This document shows, in pieces, positions 7,806 through 17,539 of a DNA stretch of 35,767 nucleotides (position 1 is the first letter of the stretch; every line of letters starts with the position of its first letter). A program made the position numbers and the translations under genes. The notes under the pieces were generated by a model. The model was not told the DNA's origin. It was given only the letters and a program-made list of their open reading frames with translations, and made no database searches. Source of the DNA: a virus; the IMG/VR virus record IMGVR_UViG_3300025377_000002. One strand, written 5' to 3'.

Positions 7806-7806
7806 A

Positions 7807-8916
7807 TTATATAAAGGCTTTGAGTGTCTGTAGTGTTATCTGATTAGTAGCTGTTGAATGTAACATTAAATCATCAGTGTCTCTTTGAATAAGCAAATTA
7901 GGGTTATTGCTTGATTGCAAATAATGACTAAAGAATAGCGGGGTATTTGTATCTGAATCTACCTCGTAATAGCTAGGATCTATCTCATTCTGAGTAACGG
8001 GATCGTATAATAGATTATCAACTGAAATAAACAAAAGATCATTCGGATTAGCAACTGCGTCAAGCCACGTAATCTTCAGATCTGAGTCGGTGGTTAGGTT
8101 AGTTACTTGTATGAATTGGTTTTGACTCAGAGCGTCTAACAATATTGAATAGGTGTAGCTAGGGCGTGAAGTAGCAAGATCAAGCCCAGCGGTTGTGGTG
8201 AATAATGGTGTTGACGTTAGCGTTTGAGTAAACCCAGCGCTTACTGAATAATCTTCAACTCTAAAATATTTATCAAGTACCGACAAAGGTAGATCGCCTT
8301 GTAAGTATTCGTATTGTTGTCCTGTATTCGTTAAATTAGAAAAAGCAGGGAATGAGTTTATTTCATATGATCCAAACTCGATAGAGCCAACCGTTAAGAA
8401 CTCAAACATTTCTGGATCAGTAAACTTATACAGTGTCTGATTGCTGGTAAAGTAACTAAGTGTCTCATCACCTTCATAGAACTCTGGATTAGCAAGTATC
8501 AAATCAACATCATATCGCTTATACTCAGCCCCTTGTTCATTGATTCCAGAGAATACTTGAGGTAGCCCTGAACACTCTGCATATTGCCATAATACACGCT
8601 GTACTGATATGCCTTCTTGAATACCTTCCTCCCATACAAAGAACTTGCGGGGAGTATTTGAGAATAGCCCTAATATATAGTCTTGCGTGTACCGACTATT
8701 TGTTGGTAAAGAAAAACTTAATTTAATTACAGTATCATCAAGTTTATTTCTTTCATCTCCATTTAAGCGAGCCTCACCGTCAAATAATGCCGATTTTGTA
8801 CGCTCAGTTTTAACACGTGGTCTGTAGCTTAATCCTAAGTCTGAACAGTTAAAAACTATGAAGTCTCCATTACGTGGATCTCCAAATTGAAAGGGTATTT
8901 TATTGTCTAAAAACAT
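7807..8916 (-). CDS. distal tail protein (Dit-like, by position)
   Basis: 369-aa ORF immediately downstream of the tape measure gene. Confidence 0.5.
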   Translation of the reverse strand: MFLDNKIPFQFGDPRNGDFIVFNCSDLGLSYRPRVKTERTKSALFDGEARLNGDERNKLDDTVIKLSFSLPTNSRYTQDYILGLFSNTPRKFFVWEEGIQEGISVQRVLWQYAECSGLPQVFSGINEQGAEYKRYDVDLILANPEFYEGDETLSYFTSNQTLYKFTDPEMFEFLTVGSIEFGSYEINSFPAFSNLTNTGQQYEYLQGDLPLSVLDKYFRVEDYSVSAGFTQTLTSTPLFTTTAGLDLATSRPSYTYSILLDALSQNQFIQVTNLTTDSDLKITWLDAVANPNDLLFISVDNLLYDPVTQNEIDPSYYEVDSDTNTPLFFSHYLQSSNNPNLLIQRDTDDLMLHSTATNQITLQTLKAFI

Positions 8917-8917
8917 A

Positions 8918-11365
8918 TTACGTTATTCCATATGGGACGGGGAATCCCATGTTTGATTGACCCCCAAAGTTGTTTTGTTCAAATGATTGATTATATGAAT
9001 CTGCTATACTTGAAGAGTTGCCCCCAAAATCTTTACCTATTTCATCAAAGAACGTAGCAAGGGCGTTAGTTGCTCTAGCATTAGCGACATACTCTTGACC
9101 TGCTTCATTAGTCTGTACGATTGCGTTTTGACCTTGTGGGAATCCACCGCTTGCGAATCCAGGAATATTATCAAACGTCTTACTAATAGATACCTTTTGA
9201 AACTCTGGTACATCAGGCAAGTTTAGAACATCATTAAGGTTGTTGTAGTTACGCAGTACATTGTTAACAATGTCAATAATTGCGTTGCTTACAAATTCAA
9301 ACGGGTTAAGTATAATACGAGCTAACCCCTTGAATACATCAGTTAATCCTCCCTTAAAATCACCTTCAAAGAACTTCTTTATTCCACTAAATATATCTTT
9401 AAAACCCGTGGCGAAGTTCAAGAAAAATCGACCAACATTAATTAATTGTGAGCCTATCATAGCAGCCATATTTACAAAGAACCCTAAAAATATCTGACCA
9501 ATCTTTTTAACTGTTTCAAAATCAACTCCTATTCCTCCAAATACTTCTTTAAATTCTTCGCCTAGTTCTTGCGTCTGCGTTCTAATACCGCCAACATCGT
9601 CATTCCAAGCTTTAGCTAGTAAACCAACACCTATTATTAGCCCGCCTATAATAAGCGTAGCAGGACCCCCCAATAAAAAGAACGCCCCTCCCAATAATCC
9701 AACCGCTAAAGCAACGCCTGTAATACCAGTAGCAAGACCAGGATTAGCGTCAACAATCTTAAGCGCTAAATCGAGATATTTGCCTAGCTCTTCATTAAGC
9801 TTATTCCAAGTGGGGTCAAGGTCTTCTCCGATTAATATATCAAGTTCTTCTAATTTAGCTCTATTAATATCCGCAGCGAATCCGCCTTGCTCAAGACGTG
9901 CTTGAAAGGCAGCTTCTGCTGCATCAACGTTTTGTCTAAGCCCCGCTGATTTAGCCAGTGCCTTTTCTTCTTGAGTCAAAGAGTCGTAGTTCTTATCTCT
10001 CAGTTTACCCTCCGCTTGTAATATGGCAAGCCCTCTCGGCCCGATTTGACTAATATATTCATCTTGCAAACCTGCCCGCTCTCCAAGCGCTGCATTTTCA
10101 GTTCTAAATTGTTGCGTGAGCTGAGCTATTCCTTCTTCCATGCCAATAGTTCCTGTACTAGCTATTTTTACAAAGCCTGCTAAGGTTTTTTCTACTTCTT
10201 CAGGATTAGTAAGACCTGCAAGCTGTAAATCTGCCGCCCCCTTAAGTAACGTAGAACGAGTAACCCCAACTTTTTTACCTAAGTTATTAAATACGTTATC
10301 AATAGCTTTGTTAGTTTCAGCGCTTAACTTACCTACATCAACATTTTCTTCTGATGCAGCTTCATCTAGTGCCTTTTGAAATTCGTCTGATACACTCTGT
10401 ATCGTTCCACCTCCTCCACCGCTCACACTAGCTTGTAAGTCTTGTAATTTGCGCCGCGCTGGCTCTATATCAATGTCAAACTTGTTTTGTGCAGATGATA
10501 ATTGAAAGCGTAAGTCATCAACTTGAAGCTTGAGCGTATCAACTTGATTCTTCAAAATATCCTCTTGAACTTTAGCTTGATCTTTTATTACCTGCGTTTC
10601 ATTATCTATAACATCAAGCTTTTCTTCTCTTAAGTTAATCTCTTTTTGCAGCTGGTTAATCTGGTTACTAATAACCAATGTAGCGAACGGATCATTGGCA
10701 ACCTCAGCCTGCGCCTTTTGAACGTCTAGTTGATCTTTTTGTACTTTGAGTTGTCTAAGTTCAGAATCAAGAACACCGCCACCTAATTGCTCACGTCTTA
10801 ATTTAACCCGCTCATCAGTTTCTTTTTTAAGTAGGTTGATCTGTCTATTGATTAAATTATACTCTCTATTTTTCACTGCTATTGATTGTTCAACGGCTTG
10901 CACTGAGTCGTTAAAAGCCCGCTCTTGTAAGTCTAATTCTCTACTAAGGTTCTTTGAAGCGTTGCTTGCTCCCTCCGTTGCTTTAGTTTCTTTATAAATA
11001 TTATCAATGTTGTACCCGATAGCCAAAGCCTTTTCTTCATAGCTCTTGGTAGTATCAGCAATCACCATTTTGGCATTTTGCTGTCTATTAGCGTATGCCT
11101 GTACCGAACCAGATAAACTAGCTTGAGCGATCCGAACTTGTTTGTATGACTGTACTGCATTATTAGCAAAGTCAAAAATTGCTTTAGTTGAAATAGCAGA
11201 AAAGGCAGCACCCAAAGCACGACCCAAAACCGACCCCATTTGAGTACCTTGTTTTTGTAAGTTACCTTGATTTTGTTGAGTCGCTTTATTGATTCCTTGA
11301 GATATTCCGCTATTAAGCTTACTATTATCTACCTCAAGTACTACTTTGGTTTGGATGTCTGCCAT
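8918..11365 (-). CDS. tail tape measure protein
   Basis: 815 aa, the longest gene. It has a coiled-coil-rich N-terminal half and a Gly-rich hydrophobic central block (GLATGITGVALAVGLLGGAFFLLGGPATLIIGGLIIGVGLL). It follows the G/GT pair. Confidence 0.85.
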   Translation of the reverse strand: MADIQTKVVLEVDNSKLNSGISQGINKATQQNQGNLQKQGTQMGSVLGRALGAAFSAISTKAIFDFANNAVQSYKQVRIAQASLSGSVQAYANRQQNAKMVIADTTKSYEEKALAIGYNIDNIYKETKATEGASNASKNLSRELDLQERAFNDSVQAVEQSIAVKNREYNLINRQINLLKKETDERVKLRREQLGGGVLDSELRQLKVQKDQLDVQKAQAEVANDPFATLVISNQINQLQKEINLREEKLDVIDNETQVIKDQAKVQEDILKNQVDTLKLQVDDLRFQLSSAQNKFDIDIEPARRKLQDLQASVSGGGGGTIQSVSDEFQKALDEAASEENVDVGKLSAETNKAIDNVFNNLGKKVGVTRSTLLKGAADLQLAGLTNPEEVEKTLAGFVKIASTGTIGMEEGIAQLTQQFRTENAALGERAGLQDEYISQIGPRGLAILQAEGKLRDKNYDSLTQEEKALAKSAGLRQNVDAAEAAFQARLEQGGFAADINRAKLEELDILIGEDLDPTWNKLNEELGKYLDLALKIVDANPGLATGITGVALAVGLLGGAFFLLGGPATLIIGGLIIGVGLLAKAWNDDVGGIRTQTQELGEEFKEVFGGIGVDFETVKKIGQIFLGFFVNMAAMIGSQLINVGRFFLNFATGFKDIFSGIKKFFEGDFKGGLTDVFKGLARIILNPFEFVSNAIIDIVNNVLRNYNNLNDVLNLPDVPEFQKVSISKTFDNIPGFASGGFPQGQNAIVQTNEAGQEYVANARATNALATFFDEIGKDFGGNSSSIADSYNQSFEQNNFGGQSNMGFPVPYGIT

Positions 11366-11643
11366 AGATATTTCGTCTGTAATTTGAATTTAGGAGGTTG
11401 CTTACCCTCTTTAAGATACGGCAAGATTGCATTAACATAGTCTATATGCTCACTGCGTTGAACTTCCATCATCTTCTGATTACTCAGCTCATACCAAAGC
11501 ACCCATTTGTCATGAGCAGACAAGTATTTTATTCGCTCACTTTGTCCCCAGCTGTGGAGGTCTGAGAGGACTTTGGAGTAGCTTGAGATAAATGAGAATT
11601 TAGCAAGACTGGCGTTATTTCCCCCAGCCTTTGTGTAAAACCC
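11341..11643 (-). CDS. -1 frameshift extension of the tail assembly chaperone (GT-like product: 12167->11637 joined to 11643->11341)
   Basis: The -1 frame is open from the slip site to 11341. The track ORF 11341-11523 is only its TTG-initiated tail. Confidence 0.6.
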   Translation of the reverse strand, partial: GFYTKAGGNNASLAKFSFISSYSKVLSDLHSWGQSERIKYLSAHDKWVLWYELSNQKMMEVQRSEHIDYVNAILPYLKEGKQPPKFKLQTKYLWQTSKPK

Positions 11644-12167
11644 AGTGGCTGTCCGTTTTCAGGTTCAGCGGATACATCATAAATCAATCTCTTCTTAACC
11701 GGCTCACGCAGGCTCATAAAGTCTTCTAAGCTGGCGACTTTAGTCTCTAAGTCTTTCTTGCGTAGACCATTAGCGATTATGCCAATGATTTGATTCATTA
11801 AGTCTAAGAGTTCTTGACGCTTGCTTGCGAGTCGTTCTTTTTGATCTTGATTAAGCCCAGCTACAACGCTTGTGCCTTTAGTGATTTTGAGAGCTAGTTT
11901 AGTAGCCTCAGTCATCGCTTTTTCGTATTCCGCTTGCTGTTCTGGTGATCTGTCTTGATTCTTCTCTAGACCTTCCGCCTTAATCCTCCATTCTTCATAT
12001 TCTTCATAAATAGAACCGAGGGCTTGAATATCTTCTAGGCTTTGACCATTAGCGGCGGCTTCCCATGCTTTGCAAGCGTGAGCGTAGAGAGGGGATAGGT
12101 TAGCAAATTGCTCTTCCATTCCCCCATATAGTACAAGTGATTTAATTTCAATGTTTCCGTATTTCAT
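11529..12167 (-). CDS. tail assembly chaperone (G-like)
   Basis: 212 aa, acidic and helical. It lies between the major tail protein and the TMP and contains an in-phase slippery heptamer. Confidence 0.7.
   Translation of the reverse strand: MKYGNIEIKSLVLYGGMEEQFANLSPLYAHACKAWEAAANGQSLEDIQALGSIYEEYEEWRIKAEGLEKNQDRSPEQQAEYEKAMTEATKLALKITKGTSVVAGLNQDQKERLASKRQELLDLMNQIIGIIANGLRKKDLETKVASLEDFMSLREPVKKRLIYDVSAEPENGQPLGFTQRLGEITPVLLNSHLSQATPKSSQTSTAGDKVSE
11637..11643 (-). promoter_or_regulatory. programmed -1 ribosomal frameshift slippery site G GGT TTT
   Basis: In minus sense, ctG GGT TTT aca reads L-G-F in the G frame, an X XXY YYZ pattern in the correct phase. Confidence 0.6.
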
Positions 12168-12178
12168 ACGCTAATGAA

Positions 12179-12198
12179 CATTAAGATTTATCTTAATG
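12179..12198 (-). terminator. AU-rich hairpin between the major tail protein and chaperone genes (possible attenuating terminator or mRNA stabiliser)
   Basis: cattaaga (12179-12186), loop ttta, tcttaatg (12191-12198): a perfect 8-bp stem with only a weak U tract after it. Confidence 0.3.
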
Positions 12199-12202
12199 TC
12201 AA

Positions 12203-13540
12203 TTATAGTTCGATCTGTCGATAGAATCTGTAATTAGTTCCTTCAACAAATGGAATTGCTGTTAAGGTGTAGGTGTATGATGGTTCTGAATCCTCTTGAG
12301 TCATTTCAACATTAGTGATTTCAACTTCAGGGAACTGCCATTGAACTGTTTTACCAGTATCTGACTTTCTCTGTACGTTAAGTTGACCAACAAATCCAGT
12401 CTTCAAGTTCTTTCTATCAAAGTAAGTACCCTCTTGCGAAGCTACGTAGACAATTGTAGGAATCTGATCATTATATACTGTTGAGAAAGTAAAGTCTCCG
12501 CTAGTAGCGTTATAGTGATACGTAGTCTCAGATACAAGACCAGCGGTCTCTACACGGTCAAGTACAACACCTCCTGGCATTGATACTGCTCCGATACGAG
12601 TTGCGTTAAGTCCTCCGATGTTAAGAACACCAGCACTTACCGCTAATGAAGTCAAACCGCCGTTTTGAGCGTTCTGAATGTACATTACGTCAACAAGTTG
12701 ACGTTTAAGTACCTCACCTTTAGCAGCCGCCATATTCTTAGCATTACCAGTTCTTACTTGAAGAGTGATTTCAAGAGTAAGACCAGTTGCAGATTTACCA
12801 ACAGTGTAAAGTCCACATTTGCGATCAGCCATTTCAAGTGTATCAGTCCAGGTTCCTTCGACAAGACATTCAAAGATTGTAGTGATTTGGTGACCTAAGA
12901 AAGTTTCAGGGTTTGATCCTACTTGAATGTCATAAAACTGTGCGTTTCCAGCTGCGGACAAAGTAACATCAACTTCGCTTGAAGCAGAAGGTGCAAAAGT
13001 ACCAGTATCAGCAACAGTATAGCCTGTGTAAGTTCCTACGGCGTTGCGAGCGATAAATCGAACGTAGCCATTAGAATCAGGGGTGAAGGCAGATGAAGTA
13101 AACTCAAAAGTTCGCTCATTACCAACGCTTGATCTAAGAACAACACTAATAGTAAGTGAAGTACTGGGGCTCATTAAGAAGCAGATATAGTCGCCTGATG
13201 CGTCAACAGTGATTCCTGAAAGTGTAGCACCGTCATCAGCTGCGGTAGCAGTGATAAGTACTGACTGAGTGTCAAGAGATGATGTAGGTCGTCCAGCTGT
13301 TCCGAATTTGAACACTGAACCGTTGTTTGTGTATTTACGAGCAAGGATTGGTTGAGTAGTACCGTTAGCGACTGTACCAGTTGCAATAACCGCACGTGTT
13401 GGATACTGTGAAGCATACACACGACGCTCTACTTGGTCAGCATTAGTATTGAAGAAATTAGCAATAGGCTGAATCTCTCGATAATCATCAACAGTACCTA
13501 GTCTGTAATCCGTTACGGAGTTTTTAAGTAATATAGACAT
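12203..13540 (-). CDS. major tail protein (long form)
   Basis: 445 aa, Thr/Ser/Gly/Val-rich and beta-type. It lies directly upstream of the G/GT chaperone and there is no tube gene. The codon usage looks like a highly expressed gene. Confidence 0.6.
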   Translation of the reverse strand: MSILLKNSVTDYRLGTVDDYREIQPIANFFNTNADQVERRVYASQYPTRAVIATGTVANGTTQPILARKYTNNGSVFKFGTAGRPTSSLDTQSVLITATAADDGATLSGITVDASGDYICFLMSPSTSLTISVVLRSSVGNERTFEFTSSAFTPDSNGYVRFIARNAVGTYTGYTVADTGTFAPSASSEVDVTLSAAGNAQFYDIQVGSNPETFLGHQITTIFECLVEGTWTDTLEMADRKCGLYTVGKSATGLTLEITLQVRTGNAKNMAAAKGEVLKRQLVDVMYIQNAQNGGLTSLAVSAGVLNIGGLNATRIGAVSMPGGVVLDRVETAGLVSETTYHYNATSGDFTFSTVYNDQIPTIVYVASQEGTYFDRKNLKTGFVGQLNVQRKSDTGKTVQWQFPEVEITNVEMTQEDSEPSYTYTLTAIPFVEGTNYRFYRQIEL

Positions 13541-13543
13541 AGT

Positions 13544-14089
13544 TTATTTATAAATTGTGAATAAGATTGTAAGAGTTACATAATAGTGTGAAGGTCGATT
13601 AGTCGTGTCTTCCCAAAATATACGTTTCTCTAAAAGTGTATTATGTAGGGGTCGGTTCTTGAACGTTTCCGTTAAAGTCCCGCTATTGGTGTATTCCCCA
13701 TCATTAAAGCAAAGTAGATCAATAAGCTCGTCTTGTATTTCAATGATTTGCTCTGACATGTCTTGACTGTTAACAATGTTCTTTACAGTTGCGTTAATTA
13801 CATATGGCCTAATCCAATAATCAAGCTTTTTGGCTAAACTGATTGAATCATCAGGATAGAGTGCTTGCGTGTCTTGATCGTGCTGTACTGTAATAATACA
13901 GTTTGTGTTTATATTATTTGTTTTGAGTTCTTGCTCACTAGGGTATCTATAGAACGGTGCTACATAAGCCCCTGTAAGTAATGAAATAGTTGACGTTTGC
14001 ACTGCTTGATCTACTAACTGCGAAATAAACAAGTCTAATTGTTTAGAATTAGGTTGTTTGAAGTCCCATGTTGAGCGTGTGTATGTCAT
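13544..14089 (-). CDS. tail completion/terminator protein (by position)
   Basis: 181-aa ORF between the gp10-like gene and the major tail protein. Confidence 0.45.
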   Translation of the reverse strand: MTYTRSTWDFKQPNSKQLDLFISQLVDQAVQTSTISLLTGAYVAPFYRYPSEQELKTNNINTNCIITVQHDQDTQALYPDDSISLAKKLDYWIRPYVINATVKNIVNSQDMSEQIIEIQDELIDLLCFNDGEYTNSGTLTETFKNRPLHNTLLEKRIFWEDTTNRPSHYYVTLTILFTIYK

Positions 14090-14511
14090 ATCTTGTTAAG
14101 TGGTGGTATATTAGCGTCTCGTGGTTTGGCAGGTCGTGGTCTACCTGTTGGAATACTTGGTGCAAGTAGTTTTTGGTTTTTGAGCATATCAACAGCTCCT
14201 TTAACATCGTACTTTCTAGCGCCATATTGAGCAGATGAGCCTAACCCGTTTCGGGGTGATGGTGCATAAGGTACGCCGTTAGTCTCAAAACTCCATTCTA
14301 TTCTATTACCAATCCTGTCCTGCTTCATAACTGAGTTACGATCAAGTGTACCTTCATCATAAACTCTTAGTGTCCTCACTGCGTTTTGAATTGATCGTGT
14401 GCCTTCATTTTCAAAAGCCTGTCTTTGTCTCGTTGCATTATCAGCCCACTCCTTTTCAATATCTTGAATTGCTCTATTGAGTGAAGCTTGATTAATAATG
14501 AACTTAGTCAT
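14086..14511 (-). CDS. HK97 gp10-like head-tail joining protein
   Basis: 141 aa. Called from the N-terminal pattern MTKFIINQASLNRAIQDIEKEW and its position. Confidence 0.5.
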   Translation of the reverse strand: MTKFIINQASLNRAIQDIEKEWADNATRQRQAFENEGTRSIQNAVRTLRVYDEGTLDRNSVMKQDRIGNRIEWSFETNGVPYAPSPRNGLGSSAQYGARKYDVKGAVDMLKNQKLLAPSIPTGRPRPAKPRDANIPPLNKI

Positions 14512-14896
14512 ATGAGATACAGAATCCTTCTTTGTGCCGAGAGCCTAGAATTGCAAGTCCTCCTTGTTTGATAGGTACTTTGAGTTGAATCTTGTAGTAA
14601 TCGTAAGCGCTGGAGTCTATAATTCCTCTTCTATTACCAATTTGCGATAGATTAAAGCTAATAATATCATCGTTTCTAATATCAGCTTTATCCCATACGA
14701 TATAAAATCGTTTGCCTTCTTGTAATCCAGTGGGATAGAATTTATCAAAGTCACTGTTACTTGAGATGTCTTCTAAGAATATAAATCCCTCGAATACAGT
14801 CTCTAGTTGTGAGTTACTTATTCCCTCCGTTGGATTGCTTAGGTTCTGGCTTGCTCTTTGTATCAGTACTCTTGTCTTTGGTAGTGTTGTCGGCAT
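14504..14896 (-). CDS. head-tail adaptor/head closure protein
   Basis: 130 aa. RVLIQRAS...ETVFEGFIFLEDISS resembles the adaptor-family pattern. It overlaps the upstream ORF by 83 nt. Confidence 0.5.
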   Translation of the reverse strand: MPTTLPKTRVLIQRASQNLSNPTEGISNSQLETVFEGFIFLEDISSNSDFDKFYPTGLQEGKRFYIVWDKADIRNDDIISFNLSQIGNRRGIIDSSAYDYYKIQLKVPIKQGGLAILGSRHKEGFCISYD

Positions 14897-15023
14897 AGAT
14901 TAAACCTGTAGTTACGAATTGATTAAACAACTCTTCGCTTCCGAGATAGTCAACGATCTCAGCTTTTGAAGCCTTTACCTTGCCTAAGTCTTGTGCGTGT
15001 GATGGGTGAGTTAGAATGTACAT
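14814..15023 (-). CDS. hypothetical small protein
   Basis: 69 aa. Its start is coupled to the connector stop (TAATG at 15023). A low-complexity Lys/Ser/Thr tail overlaps the next gene. Confidence 0.4.
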   Translation of the reverse strand: MYILTHPSHAQDLGKVKASKAEIVDYLGSEELFNQFVTTGLIYADNTTKDKSTDTKSKPEPKQSNGGNK

Positions 15024-15673
15024 TAGAATGGGTATTGTTTCTTTACATTGTATTTTTCAATTATCGCTAGAAATTCGGGTATTCTCGTTGGAGTAAACAA
15101 CTTCAGAGAAGTCAAGTCATTATCACGATAAGTAACTGATCTTGTTAGGGAGCGTTCAGATTGCACTGTATACGCTCCTGTACCGTTACTCAGAGATTGG
15201 AAGTAAGCATCTGCCATTTCTGCCATTACATAAAGCAAGTCTGGTGGTATAGTTGCGTTAAATCCCTGTGTTCCCGTTACTCTAATAGTTTCAAGTTCTC
15301 GGATATGTGAGCAGATGAAGTATAGCTCAGTAATTGGCGTGTAGCCTTGAATACGTGGAATCTCTAGCGAATAATCAGAATCTTCAACTAATAGTGAATA
15401 CTGTGGGTTTGATATATACCCTCGTTCAACTTGTGTTACCGTTTGCCATGCCCCTATTTGGAGAATAACACCGTCTAAAACAAATTGGTTTTTTCGTTTG
15501 GTATTCTTGAACACTACCGTCTGAGTTCCGGAAGGGAAGTCAAAGTCAAGCCCTGTTATGTATTCAATATCAGTAATTATAGCGGAGATATAAGCGTTAA
15601 GCTCAGTGTCAAAACAGCTGTCTTCATTCCCTTTGATTGCTCGTAGGTCATTAGCTTTTATCTCCCATGCCAT
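15023..15673 (-). CDS. gp6-like head-tail connector (DNA-packaging/QLRG-type) protein
   Basis: 216 aa. The N-terminus LRAIKGNEDSCFDTELNAYISAIITDIEYITG fits the connector-family pattern. Confidence 0.55.
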   Translation of the reverse strand: MAWEIKANDLRAIKGNEDSCFDTELNAYISAIITDIEYITGLDFDFPSGTQTVVFKNTKRKNQFVLDGVILQIGAWQTVTQVERGYISNPQYSLLVEDSDYSLEIPRIQGYTPITELYFICSHIRELETIRVTGTQGFNATIPPDLLYVMAEMADAYFQSLSNGTGAYTVQSERSLTRSVTYRDNDLTSLKLFTPTRIPEFLAIIEKYNVKKQYPF

Positions 15674-15675
15674 AA

Positions 15676-16065
15676 TTAGTTAAGATTGATTGGTGCGTTA
15701 CCAGCGGTAACTTGGATTTGAACAGTACCAGTGTTAGAGTCTCCGCCTCGAATAAAGCGAACATATCTATCAGTGGTGATGTCTTGGATTGCAGTAGCTC
15801 CTGAGAGTACGTAAGCATATCCATTAGCAGTAATTGTTGCAGCTGTTCCTAGAGTAACCCAGTTAGTGCCGTCTTGTGAAGATTGAGCAGTAATAGTGAT
15901 GTTACCAGAAGAGAAGCCATCAGTAAGAGCAACTGCCTTGATTTTGTTGTAGTTAAGAACGTCAACCGCGTTAGTGTCGTCAGATGCTGCAAGTGCAGTT
16001 CCGAGAGCAGATAACACGAGGCGTTCTGGTCTTGCGACTAGGGTAGTGAATGTGCGTGTAGCCAT
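15676..16065 (-). CDS. possible head decoration/auxiliary capsid protein
   Basis: 129 aa, all-beta composition, in the capsid module. Confidence 0.4.
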   Translation of the reverse strand: MATRTFTTLVARPERLVLSALGTALAASDDTNAVDVLNYNKIKAVALTDGFSSGNITITAQSSQDGTNWVTLGTAATITANGYAYVLSGATAIQDITTDRYVRFIRGGDSNTGTVQIQVTAGNAPINLN

Positions 16066-16073
16066 ATAGTTAG

Positions 16074-16391
16074 TTATTTTTTAGCGGGTCGTCCCCTTTT
16101 CTGAGTTGTTTCAGATACTTGCGTATCGTCCTGTTTTTCTGATACTTCAACATCGACAACCTTAGCCTGTTCTGATTGACGTTTTTCACGTTCTGCAAGT
16201 AGTTGAGCAATTTCATTGTCAAGTTCTTCGTCAGAGCGAAAGGTGGCAGGGATATACCCCTCTATGCCAACTCTATCCTCATATCCCCATTCAATAGCCT
16301 TTTTGTAGAGCTCTTCGTCAATGATACGACCAGCTGGTCCAGAGTATTGATTTTCAGGTGAGTAGAATGATGATTTGATTACGTATTTCAT
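16074..16391 (-). CDS. hypothetical protein with a basic AT-hook-like tail
   Basis: 105 aa. The C-terminus ends KRGRPAKK. It lies directly downstream of the MCP. Confidence 0.5.
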   Translation of the reverse strand: MKYVIKSSFYSPENQYSGPAGRIIDEELYKKAIEWGYEDRVGIEGYIPATFRSDEELDNEIAQLLAEREKRQSEQAKVVDVEVSEKQDDTQVSETTQKRGRPAKK

Positions 16392-16428
16392 ATAAGGTTA
16401 AGGTTTGTCTTAATGTTAGAATTGTCAA

Positions 16429-17538
16429 CTATGCAACAGCGTAGTAGTTCCAAGCTGCAGGAGCTTTAAGAACAGCAGCCATATAAGTTGCAGCACCTAC
16501 AGTGATTTCACCTTCAAGGTAGCTTTGGCGATCGTTCTGTGGGTTGAATACAGTGATTGTATCAAATTCAGCAGCACCTCGGTAAAGTCCTAGAGTGTAA
16601 GGAAGTCCGAAGAGTACAGCAGAGTTAGTACCTCCAGTTTGAGCTTGGATAACGTTTGAAGCGTTAACAGTGTATGTTGAGAGAATACCATTAGTAAGGT
16701 AGACTGGGAATCCTGCGAAGTATCCTACGAGTCCAACGGTTGGTCGGCGTCCATTTGGATAGTCAGCTTGGAAGTGTCCAGCTGAGAATACAGTAGCGTT
16801 CTGGAATGCACCGTCAGCAGTTTGCTCACGAAGCATCTTTGAGAATACAGTATTGTTCATCAAGAACACATGACCAGTTCCTGGCTGAGAATATAATCCT
16901 CCAAGGTTTCCGATCATTGCAAGCATTGCGTCAGTGATTGGTCCATAGGTAGCAAGTCCAGTCGTGTTGATTGCAGCAACTGAAGCATTGCTAGTAACAG
17001 CAGCAGCAGCTTTGCGATCAGCAAGAACAAGTTTCTCGTTCTCAAGAGCGTTCTCGAAAGAGGCGATCAACTGAGTTCGATCAGGAGTTCGTGCGATTAC
17101 ATCTTCACAACCTTGAATTTCAGCTCGTTCTCTTAGAAGAGTAGCCGTTCCAGTTGCGAAAGTAGAGATTTCGTTGTCAGTTGCAGTTCCGCAAGCGATT
17201 TGTGAGTATGTACCGTTGAGACTAAAAGAGTTAACCGTTACATTGTGGTTTTGGTTAGTCTTGTAGTCTACACCAGCCTCGATGAATACACCACCTTGAG
17301 TACCAACGAAGGTAATAGGAGTATCAACACGAGTTTCAATAAGTCCTTGTCCAGTTGCAGCACCTGCACCAGAAAAGGTCTTAAGGTTGTCAATTGATTG
17401 TCCAATGATAGGAGCGAAGTCAATTGGTGCTTGGTTATTAGTAACCAAGAATTTGTTAATTGTATTTACCCATCTAGATGCACGTCCTGAAACGTCAGTA
17501 CTAAGTTGAGTAGTTTGTTCTTCTACGTTAGTAGCCAT
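16429..17538 (-). CDS. major capsid protein (presumably HK97 fold)
   Basis: 369 aa, following the scaffold gene. Gly/Ala/Thr-rich, with locally higher GC and strong codon bias. Confidence 0.75.
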   Translation of the reverse strand: MATNVEEQTTQLSTDVSGRASRWVNTINKFLVTNNQAPIDFAPIIGQSIDNLKTFSGAGAATGQGLIETRVDTPITFVGTQGGVFIEAGVDYKTNQNHNVTVNSFSLNGTYSQIACGTATDNEISTFATGTATLLRERAEIQGCEDVIARTPDRTQLIASFENALENEKLVLADRKAAAAVTSNASVAAINTTGLATYGPITDAMLAMIGNLGGLYSQPGTGHVFLMNNTVFSKMLREQTADGAFQNATVFSAGHFQADYPNGRRPTVGLVGYFAGFPVYLTNGILSTYTVNASNVIQAQTGGTNSAVLFGLPYTLGLYRGAAEFDTITVFNPQNDRQSYLEGEITVGAATYMAAVLKAPAAWNYYAVA

Positions 17539-17539
17539 A

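Noticed and set aside
9261-10997. Plus-strand ORFs inside the tape measure gene (9261-9497, 10140-10379, 10746-10997)
   Set aside because: They are antisense shadows of an 815-aa gene with a clear TMP character. Their sequences are low-complexity Ser/Leu-rich, and they have no start context or promoter.
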